A stretch of DNA of 41,562 nt. Source: a virus. The first letter of the stretch is position 1. Each line of letters opens with the position of its first letter. The translations under genes were made by a program, and so were the position numbers. The stretch is taken from the IMG/VR virus record IMGVR_UViG_3300035156_000123, positions 1 through 41,562 of that record; one strand, 5' to 3'. The notes below the pieces were generated by a model, which was not told the DNA's origin, searched no databases, and saw only the letters and a program-made list of their open reading frames with translations. Below are positions 14,070-21,401 of the stretch, one piece after another.

Positions 14070-14624
14070 ATGGCAAAAGCAGCACGAAAGACCCGTCCGG
14101 CACCTAAGCCCGCCATCGCCGGAATGGACGCAACACCGGAACGCTTGGCGAAGTCGGAGCACACGATCATCGACGCACAGCGCCTTTTGGGCGAGCGCAT
14201 GGCAAAGGCACGTCGATGCCGTCCCCCGATCGATGTCCTGTTCGAGGTGGGCAGCCTGACAGAGGACGAGCATATCGCTCTCAGCTATTACGGCGACCAA
14301 TGCCGCATGGCTCGACGCTCGCCGTTGAAAGACAGCCTCAACCAGGAGCGGGGCAGTGGTGGGCTTGGCCTGCCGGCTGCCGTTGTTTCGGCATTGCTGG
14401 CTGAAGCGCGCATCGACCGGGATCTAGGGCAGCTTCGCGACATCGCGCACGCCGTGGCTGTGGACGAGGTGTCTTTGCCACAGTGGTGCATTCAGAAGCA
14501 CGGCGGGCGGGAGCGATACAACGGCGCCGGCAAGTTCGTGGCGATCGTCCCGGTGGGTGAGGTGAAGGCGATGCGTATGGCGCTGATGGAATTGAAATGG
14601 GCGGCCGGGAGGATCGTGAAGTGA
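14070..14624 (+). CDS. Hypothetical protein, candidate late-gene regulator by position
   Basis: I used the internal ATG at 14070 (MAKAARKTRP...), which is preceded by AAGGGGAATAGGGG. It is the penultimate gene of the early-right operon. Confidence 0.55.
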   Translation: MAKAARKTRPAPKPAIAGMDATPERLAKSEHTIIDAQRLLGERMAKARRCRPPIDVLFEVGSLTEDEHIALSYYGDQCRMARRSPLKDSLNQERGSGGLGLPAAVVSALLAEARIDRDLGQLRDIAHAVAVDEVSLPQWCIQKHGGRERYNGAGKFVAIVPVGEVKAMRMALMELKWAAGRIVK

Positions 14625-14875
14625 CGGGTTCTATTGACTGCCGGATATCCACCTACGACGACTGGCTTAACCTACTGAATCATCTTCGTGGGCTAGGGAT
14701 GTCCACCCGTCTGGCGCGAGTGCTTGGCTATTACGTGATTGACCGCGATAATGTCCTGAAGGGGCTGGCCGGATTATCCACCTTAAGCGACTTAGAGCTT
14801 CGAAGGCTTCCAAATTTCGGAGAGGTTTGCTTTGCTGAGTTCCGCCGCATTTATCCGGTGCAAACGAAACTGTGA
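14597..14875 (+). CDS. RNA polymerase alpha-subunit C-terminal-domain-like (helix-hairpin-helix) protein. Alternative GTG start at 14621.
   Basis: LGMSTRLARVLGYY...LSDLELRRLPNFGEVCFAEFRRI parallels alpha-CTD (LeLtvRsaNcLk...ELlk.PNlGkKSl.EIk). GC is lower here than in the flanks. Confidence 0.55.
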   Translation: MGGREDREVTGSIDCRISTYDDWLNLLNHLRGLGMSTRLARVLGYYVIDRDNVLKGLAGLSTLSDLELRRLPNFGEVCFAEFRRIYPVQTKL

Positions 14876-14935
14876 ATCGTAAAATAGCGCTTGAATTCGC
14901 GCGGATAAAATGCCATCACACGCCATCTTGTTAGA

Positions 14936-14962
14936 GCCGCGTCCGAAAGGGTGCGGCTTTTT
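14936..14962 (+). terminator. Intrinsic terminator at the end of the early-right operon
   Basis: GCCGCGTCC-GAAA-GGGTGCGGC forms a 9-bp stem with two G-U pairs, followed by TTTTT. Confidence 0.75.
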
Positions 14963-15095
14963 CCGTTTCTGCGGCCACGCCCCCTTCGGTCGCAGTAACC
15001 CGCCACCCTCTACCTGACGCGACAACAGCACACGCATTGGCGGCAGCGGTCAGCACTGGACGAGTGGCGGGGTCAATCAAGCATCGGAGACGCGC

Positions 15096-15476
15096 ATGGC
15101 CCTGACCCGAGGCACAGGCAGCCGTTTGGCTGTTCAGACCACCACCATCAGCGGCGAGACGGTCGATATTCCTGCGTTCCTCGCGGTGTCCTCCACGCTG
15201 CCCGCTACGGGCGCTGGCGGGTACACCGATCGCAGCGGCTCGATCACGACGGCGAACACTGCCCAGACCGTAGCCCCTCTGAACGCCACACGCTCGGGCA
15301 TGACTTTTCAGAACACCAGCGACACGGCTATGCGACTGACCGAGAACGGCGTCGATGCCACGGCTACGACCGGGTATCTGATTGCAGCCGGCGCTGCGGT
15401 GAACATCAGCACGTCGGATAAGGTCAGCGTGTTCTGCACGGTCGCGGGCAAAACCTTCGCAGCGACGGAATACTGA
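15096..15476 (+). CDS. Small beta-rich hypothetical protein, partner of the 1256-aa enzyme
   Basis: 126 aa, T/S/A-rich. GGAGA lies upstream. Its stop is 4 nt before the next start. Confidence 0.6.
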   Translation: MALTRGTGSRLAVQTTTISGETVDIPAFLAVSSTLPATGAGGYTDRSGSITTANTAQTVAPLNATRSGMTFQNTSDTAMRLTENGVDATATTGYLIAAGAAVNISTSDKVSVFCTVAGKTFAATEY

Positions 15477-15480
15477 GCAA

Positions 15481-18400
15481 GTGCGTTTCAATGGCGCTAT
15501 CGGGCGTTACCGGAAACCAAATGGAACGGCGGTGCTGCCGGCCCCAGTGATCCTGCCTACGCTGACGCTTACCGGCTCGCTCGCCTTCACCACGTCTTCG
15601 ACCTCGGGAACGCTGGTCGCAAACATCGGCAACGTCCCGGCCGGCGTCACTCCGACGCTGACGCCGAACGACGGGCGCCTGGCTATAGCGGGCTCGGCTG
15701 GGGCTTGGACAGTCGTCGTTGGCCTGACTGCGGCGAATGCGGGCACTTTCATTCTGACCGTGCTTGCGACTGGCGCGAACTCCGCCGCCGCTACGCTTAC
15801 GGTCAGCGCGTCGGTTGATCCGGTTGTCCCGGCAATCCAAACTCCTATGACGCTCGGCATGAACAGTGCAGGCGCAGGCGCATCGGGCACCGAGTTTTTC
15901 ATGCGCGACCTGTCGCGGCATGGGCGCTACATCGTGCAGGGCGGTGCATCGAACGGGCAGGATCTCGACCCCTCGCTGATCGATTTCGACACGTATTTCC
16001 CCATCAGTCTGCCGTCTGGCGCGACAGGCGTAATCCTTGCCATCACCGATGGCGCGTGGATCGGCCCGATGGGCACGTACGCTTGGACGATCGACAACCG
16101 GTTCACCGTCACTAGCAGTGCGGCAAAAGACCTCAGCCCGGTAACTGACACAGATATCGTGTTCACCGGAAGTGCTGGCAGCGGGCAGGTGGCGATCGGC
16201 GGCATACCGCGGCGTTCAGGCTGGTCGCTGACCATCACCGGTCCCTTTTCGAGTCTTACAGCAGAGCAGCGCGGCCTAAAGATCCTGCCGCTCGGCGATA
16301 CGAACCCAGAGCGCCTGTATTCGGACATGTGGCGTTCGGCGCTCCTCGCGACCGGCACTCGGTATTGGCGCCCGATGGAGGATCTGCGGGCCAACTACTT
16401 CGACGCCATCCAATACATGACGGACAAGGGCGCGCAGACGGGATTGCCGAGCGCGACCGTGCAGGCGATCGTCCAGGGCTGTAACGACTTGAACCTAGGC
16501 CTGACCTGGAACTTCCATGCCGGTGCCGGATCTGCATACGTTTCCCGTGTCTGCACCTATGTCGCGGCAAACCTCAAGAAGGGTCTGACGTTCAAGGTCG
16601 AGTACGGCAACGAGCCGTGGAACGAAGCCTTCCTTATGGCTAATTACATGCGGCATCAGGCGTGGATCGCGGGATATGCCGCGTCGGGCGGTGTGCGACC
16701 GGCCTGTGTTGGGTGGACCACATCCTCATTCGTCGGCAACAATACGCCGTTCTGGCAGCCCTTCGACCCTGGCACGGGCGTAACATCGCAGGCGTTTAAT
16801 GCTGGCGACTACATCGCTGGCATTAGGTCGGGCTACGGGCAGTCCGTTTGGCGGTCGGCGAACAACATCGCTGCGGGTGCAACAATTCCTGCGCTGGGCG
16901 ATGCGAACTTCGTGCTCGTTTCGGATGGCAACGCCCTCAACACGGGCAAGTGGCATTTTTACGCCGACAAGGTGTTGAACCTGTACCAGACGGCGCAAGC
17001 CGCGTGGGTCGGCGCTGGACATGCAAGCACGAACTGCCGCCCTGTCATCAATATGCAGGCAGGCCCCTACCTCGGGAACGAGAAAGAGGTCTTGGACCAG
17101 AACTCCAATGCTCTCTGGAGCGCCAACCCTTCGATCCAGCAGGCGCCGTACTGGTACACGTTCCTCGGCGACGACATAGGGACCGCGCCAACCAATACGA
17201 CGCTTGATTCGCTGTTTACGACCGACAAAGCCGACGTTGAGCTAAAGCAGCATTGGGTCCGTGATCGCCGCATCGCGATCAAGGCGGCTGCCCCAGGGGG
17301 GATAACGCTCGGCGACGACTGCCACGAAATCTACGAGTGGAACCACCACAACATTTTTAGCGGAACGAACCGCTTCACGGTGTTCAATGCGTACCGCCGT
17401 GACGCCCGTATCGGGATGCTGCTGAAGTACGGCCTAACTCTCCATGCCGCGGACAATCCCGGCGCGCTGATGCAGATTTTCAACCTGGTCACAGGTGAAG
17501 CGCTCGACACGACGCAGGCTTGGGGCGTGTATTTCTACGCGAGCGAGGCGCAATCAACTCCGGCGAACCCAGAAGGTATTGCATTGAAGGAATGGTTCGA
17601 CGCCTCGGTCGCCGGAAAGCCGTCGCTGGACATCTTCTGCAAGACGGCGCCGTCCGCGGGCACCCAGACGGTCACCATTCTCCGCGGCCCACAGCTCACC
17701 GGGGCAATAAGCGGCATCCTGCGCGCAACCGGCGGCGCATCGTTCGATTTACCGTTTACACTCGCCGCAGGAAGCCCTGCCGTAAATGTGACGTATACCG
17801 CGGTCGCCGGTCAGTCGCTGACGTTCAACATCGTGCCGCAAGTGAGCGTGTTCAGCGTTGGAGCGAACAGCGTCAATATCGCGGTTACGACCGCGGGCGT
17901 TGCATTGATGCCGAACATCGTGTGGCGTTCGAACGCGAATGGGCTCAGTTCGACGGATGGCGCGGCGATCGCGATGCCTGTCGTCGTCGGCGGGACAAGT
18001 GTACCGGCCACCACTGGCAGCGCGACCTATGTGGCGAATGCGGCGAACAGCAAGCCGGGCATCCGGTTCGGCGGGTCCGCTGTGCATACGGTCGTCCGCG
18101 CTGACCACGCTCCGTTCTTCAACGCGATCGATTCGCAGAACTGGACGGGCTACATCGCCTTCACCAACTCCAGCGCACAGGACGCGCTCGACTGCTTCCT
18201 GCAGATCAACGACGATCTCGACGCGATCCGTCTGAATCGTGCAACGTCGGCGGACGCAAGCTGCGGTTACGCTTCCAATGGTATCGGTTTGAACCATCTC
18301 ACCACGCTGCTCGATAGCGGCGTTCACGTCCTTGGGATTCAGTCGCGCACGGCCTCGATCAGCGCCGGCGGGCAAACGGGCAGCGGGCGTACGCTCGTCA

Positions 18401-19251
18401 CGCTCGATGGCCTGCCGATCGCCTCATACATCAACCCGATCCCGAAGACGGGTGCGAAGAACGGGACGGGTAACAGCTTTTTCGGAGCGTTCTACAACGG
18501 CGCGTATGGCGCGAATGTCACCCTGCTCGACGCGGCTATTTATGCAGAGAACCACTCGCTCGCACAGATGTGGGACAACACGAAGTATTTTCGCACGTTC
18601 TACGGCCTTGGCATGGCTTCGAAAATCCTGCTGGTGGACGGTAGCAGCCTCAAGGGCGGGGTCACCGCAGATGCCCAGGCATGGGCGACGGCGAACGAGA
18701 TCACCCGCCAGTGCGGGCTTGCGTATGGCGTTGTCGGTACGACGGCCATCGGCGGCATCACCTATGCCGGGATGCGGGAGAAGGGCGGCGAACTTGATGC
18801 CTTCCTGTCGCGGCTTGGAGCGGCGAACTGCTACCTGTTGGCTGGCGAAGGGTACAACGAACTCGTCTCGGTATCGGCCACCACGGCAGCGGCAAACGCG
18901 GTCACGTATCTGAACGAACGTGTGGCGGCTGGCTGGCTGCCGGCCAATATCTACGTCGATACGATCACGGGCGCCACGTCAGCACGGCCCGGCTATGACA
19001 AATTCGCGGATTACGCGACGGCGGTCAAAGCCATCCCCGGTGCGAACGCGGGTCTCTCTGCGGTCAAGATCATCAACACCGCTGGCAACTATTCGGACAA
19101 CGATTCCCTGGTCGGTGTCGGCAATACGACCCTGGTCACAGACGGCGTGCATCTCAACGGTAAGCCGAACTATCCGACCACGGTGTCCGGTTATCCGCGG
19201 CAGGTGGCGGCGGTTTACAAGACACCGATCACGGCTTTGGGGCTTGGCTGA
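15481..19251 (+). CDS. Large multidomain polysaccharide-degrading protein: Ig-like N-terminus, clan GH-A-like TIM-barrel glycosidase, beta-sandwich region and C-terminal SGNH esterase
   Basis: 1256 aa with a GTG start. KVEYGNEPWNE (nt 16600-16626) is the GH-A NEP acid/base motif. The C-terminus has LLVDGSSLKGG, LLAGEGYNEL and VTDGVHLNG, which look like SGNH blocks I, III and V. Confidence 0.8.
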   Translation: MRFNGAIGRYRKPNGTAVLPAPVILPTLTLTGSLAFTTSSTSGTLVANIGNVPAGVTPTLTPNDGRLAIAGSAGAWTVVVGLTAANAGTFILTVLATGANSAAATLTVSASVDPVVPAIQTPMTLGMNSAGAGASGTEFFMRDLSRHGRYIVQGGASNGQDLDPSLIDFDTYFPISLPSGATGVILAITDGAWIGPMGTYAWTIDNRFTVTSSAAKDLSPVTDTDIVFTGSAGSGQVAIGGIPRRSGWSLTITGPFSSLTAEQRGLKILPLGDTNPERLYSDMWRSALLATGTRYWRPMEDLRANYFDAIQYMTDKGAQTGLPSATVQAIVQGCNDLNLGLTWNFHAGAGSAYVSRVCTYVAANLKKGLTFKVEYGNEPWNEAFLMANYMRHQAWIAGYAASGGVRPACVGWTTSSFVGNNTPFWQPFDPGTGVTSQAFNAGDYIAGIRSGYGQSVWRSANNIAAGATIPALGDANFVLVSDGNALNTGKWHFYADKVLNLYQTAQAAWVGAGHASTNCRPVINMQAGPYLGNEKEVLDQNSNALWSANPSIQQAPYWYTFLGDDIGTAPTNTTLDSLFTTDKADVELKQHWVRDRRIAIKAAAPGGITLGDDCHEIYEWNHHNIFSGTNRFTVFNAYRRDARIGMLLKYGLTLHAADNPGALMQIFNLVTGEALDTTQAWGVYFYASEAQSTPANPEGIALKEWFDASVAGKPSLDIFCKTAPSAGTQTVTILRGPQLTGAISGILRATGGASFDLPFTLAAGSPAVNVTYTAVAGQSLTFNIVPQVSVFSVGANSVNIAVTTAGVALMPNIVWRSNANGLSSTDGAAIAMPVVVGGTSVPATTGSATYVANAANSKPGIRFGGSAVHTVVRADHAPFFNAIDSQNWTGYIAFTNSSAQDALDCFLQINDDLDAIRLNRATSADASCGYASNGIGLNHLTTLLDSGVHVLGIQSRTASISAGGQTGSGRTLVTLDGLPIASYINPIPKTGAKNGTGNSFFGAFYNGAYGANVTLLDAAIYAENHSLAQMWDNTKYFRTFYGLGMASKILLVDGSSLKGGVTADAQAWATANEITRQCGLAYGVVGTTAIGGITYAGMREKGGELDAFLSRLGAANCYLLAGEGYNELVSVSATTAAANAVTYLNERVAAGWLPANIYVDTITGATSARPGYDKFADYATAVKAIPGANAGLSAVKIINTAGNYSDNDSLVGVGNTTLVTDGVHLNGKPNYPTTVSGYPRQVAAVYKTPITALGLG

Positions 19252-19294
19252 TGGCGGGCGTGGTCTGGGTCAACATCCTTTCTAGGGCGCCATC

Positions 19295-19681
19295 ATGAGC
19301 GGACGGCCATCGACCTACGATCCCTCGTACTGCGACAGGGTGATCGAGTTGGGCAATATCGGCGCCTCCGTGGTCGAGATGGCGCACGATATTGGCGTGT
19401 CGCGCAAGACGTTGGAGCGCAACTGGCCGGAAGTGTACCCGGAGTTCGCCGACGCGCTGGAATACGCCCGTGAGGCGTCTCAGGTGTGGTGGGAGCGCAA
19501 GGGCCGGGACAGCCTGGAGAAGATCGGGTTTCAGGCGTCCGTCTGGTCGCGCTCGATGGGTGCGCGGTTCCCGAAGGATTGGCGTGAAACGAAGGCGAGC
19601 GAGATCAGTGGGCCGAACGGCGAGGCTATCCCGATCGCAGAGGTGAGGCGCACCATTGTCGATCCCGCAACGAACGCTTGA
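19295..19681 (+). CDS. terS: Terminase small subunit
   Basis: GRPSTYDPSYCDRVIELGNIGASVVEMAHDIGVSRKTLERNW..PEFADALEYAREASQVWWE is a typical HTH-type TerS N-terminus. It lies immediately upstream of TerL. Confidence 0.8.
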   Translation: MSGRPSTYDPSYCDRVIELGNIGASVVEMAHDIGVSRKTLERNWPEVYPEFADALEYAREASQVWWERKGRDSLEKIGFQASVWSRSMGARFPKDWRETKASEISGPNGEAIPIAEVRRTIVDPATNA

Positions 19682-20960
19682 TATACCGACTGCGCGGGTT
19701 TTTCAGCCGCTTCTGTCGCCGAGCCGGTACAAAGGCGCTTGGGGTGGTCGCGGTAGCGGCAAGAGCCACTTCTTCGGCGGGAAGCTGATCGAGGACAGCG
19801 TTGCTGAGCCGGGCTTGCTGTCGGTGTGCATCCGTGAGGTGCAGAAGACGCTGGCGCAATCGAGCAAGCGTCTGATCGAGAACAAGTTAGCTGATCTGCG
19901 GATTACCGAAGCGGACGGGTTCAAGGTGTTCAAAGAGGTGATCCAGACGCCCGGCGACGGCGCGATCATCTTCCAGGGCATGCAGGATCACACGGCGGAG
20001 TCGATCAAGTCGCTGGAGGGTTTCAAACGCGCGTGGGTGGAGGAAGCACAAACGCTGTCGGCAAACAGCCTCATGCTGCTGCGACCTACGATCCGCGCGC
20101 CGGGTGCCGAGCTGTGGTTTAGCTGGAACGCGAGGCGGAAGGCTGATGCGGTCGATCGAATGCTTCGGGGGGAAGAGCTTCCGTCCGGCGCGATTGTGGT
20201 CAAGGCGAACTGGCGGGATAATCCGTGGTTCAACGACGGGGATCTTGAAACCGAGCGTCTGGACTGTCTTCGCATTGAGCCGGATCAATATGGGCATATT
20301 TGGGACGGGGAATATGTCTCGATTGCATCTGGCGCCTATTACGCCAAGCAACTGATTGAGGCGAAGAACGAAAACCGCATCTCCGGGGTCGCGTTTGATC
20401 CGCTGATGACGGTTCGGCTGTTCTTCGACATCGGCGGAACGGGTGCCAAGGCCGACGCCTGCTCGATCTGGCCGGCGCAGTTCATCGGCAAAGAAATCCG
20501 TACGCGGGATTACTACGAAGCGGTTGGACAGCCGCTCGCAACGCACATCAACTGGCTGCGGTCGAAGGGATATGGACCCGACCGCGCACAGATATGGCTG
20601 CCGCACGATGGCAGCACGCAGGACAAGGTTTTCGACGTGTCATACGAGAGCGCGCTACGATCGGCGGGCTATTCGGTGACGGTGGTTCCCAATCAGGGGA
20701 AGGGTGCTGCTGCTGCCCGTGTGGAGGCGGCGCGCAGGCTGTTCCCCAAGATGTGGTTCGATGACGCGACGACCGAAGGCGGGCGCGATGCCCTTGGCTG
20801 GTATCACGAACGCCGGGACGAAACGCGCAGCATCGGGCTTGGCCCGGAGCATGATTGGTCGAGCCACGCGGCGGACAGCTTCGGCCTGATGGCTGTGGCT
20901 TACGAGGAACCCAGCGACAACTGGTCGAAGCCGATCGGGCGCACCTCACGCGTCGTCTGA
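19656..20960 (+). CDS. terL: Terminase large subunit (PBSX/Terminase_3-like)
   Basis: It has Walker A GGRGSGKS, WVEEAQ (Walker B-like) and the nuclease half. The track start is TTG, so the exact start is uncertain. Confidence 0.92.
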   Translation: MSIPQRTLDIPTARVFQPLLSPSRYKGAWGGRGSGKSHFFGGKLIEDSVAEPGLLSVCIREVQKTLAQSSKRLIENKLADLRITEADGFKVFKEVIQTPGDGAIIFQGMQDHTAESIKSLEGFKRAWVEEAQTLSANSLMLLRPTIRAPGAELWFSWNARRKADAVDRMLRGEELPSGAIVVKANWRDNPWFNDGDLETERLDCLRIEPDQYGHIWDGEYVSIASGAYYAKQLIEAKNENRISGVAFDPLMTVRLFFDIGGTGAKADACSIWPAQFIGKEIRTRDYYEAVGQPLATHINWLRSKGYGPDRAQIWLPHDGSTQDKVFDVSYESALRSAGYSVTVVPNQGKGAAAARVEAARRLFPKMWFDDATTEGGRDALGWYHERRDETRSIGLGPEHDWSSHAADSFGLMAVAYEEPSDNWSKPIGRTSRVV

Positions 20961-21014
20961 AGCAATCCGGGTGCGCAGCGGTCACTGCGCGAGTGCACAC
21001 GTAGGAGAACATAC

Positions 21015-21401
21015 ATGGTTGCGAAGAAAGGGCCCCCGTCCGCACTGGAGACGGGGAAGAGCGGCATCGCGTCGGTAGGTGATGAATCGGGCAGCATGGT
21101 CTATGCCGTCCAGCTTCACACGGCGGACAAGGGCCTGGAGGTCAAGTACGTCAGCGCCAAGTCGGGCGACGAGGCTGCACAGAAGGTGCTGGCCGCGAAC
21201 AACTACAAGGAAGCCACCATCCGTGGCGTGACGCCGGCCAGCGATCCGGATGCCAACAGCCTGGGCGGCGAGCGTGATGCCGCGCAGATGATCAGCAACG
21301 CGGAGAATGGCGGCGCGATCATCAACACGCTCGGCACCGACGCCAACCGGGTCGCGACCGAAGCGCTCGGCAAGGCTGACATCGAAGAACTGAAGAACTG
21401 A
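21015..21401 (+). CDS. Hypothetical protein between terL and portal
   Basis: 128 aa with AGGAGAA upstream. Confidence 0.6.
   Translation: MVAKKGPPSALETGKSGIASVGDESGSMVYAVQLHTADKGLEVKYVSAKSGDEAAQKVLAANNYKEATIRGVTPASDPDANSLGGERDAAQMISNAENGGAIINTLGTDANRVATEALGKADIEELKN

Noticed and set aside
12890-14200. 436-aa minus-strand ORF across the early-right operon
   Set aside because: It is antisense to a chain of coupled plus-strand genes. The composition is Arg/Ser/Ala/Pro-rich, and there is no RBS or motif. I treat it as a GC shadow ORF.
14969-14995. Second hairpin (CTGCGGCC-11 nt loop-GGTCGCAG) just after the early-operon terminator
   Set aside because: It has a large loop, one G-U pair and no following T-run. 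That is not enough to call it a terminator or a structured RNA.
17520-19285. Same-strand alternate-frame ORFs inside the 1256-aa gene (17520..18104, 18332..18913, 18920..19285)
   Set aside because: The translations are extremely Arg-rich with no repeat or motif structure. Unlike the nested frame in the methyltransferase gene, they show nothing beyond being stop-free.
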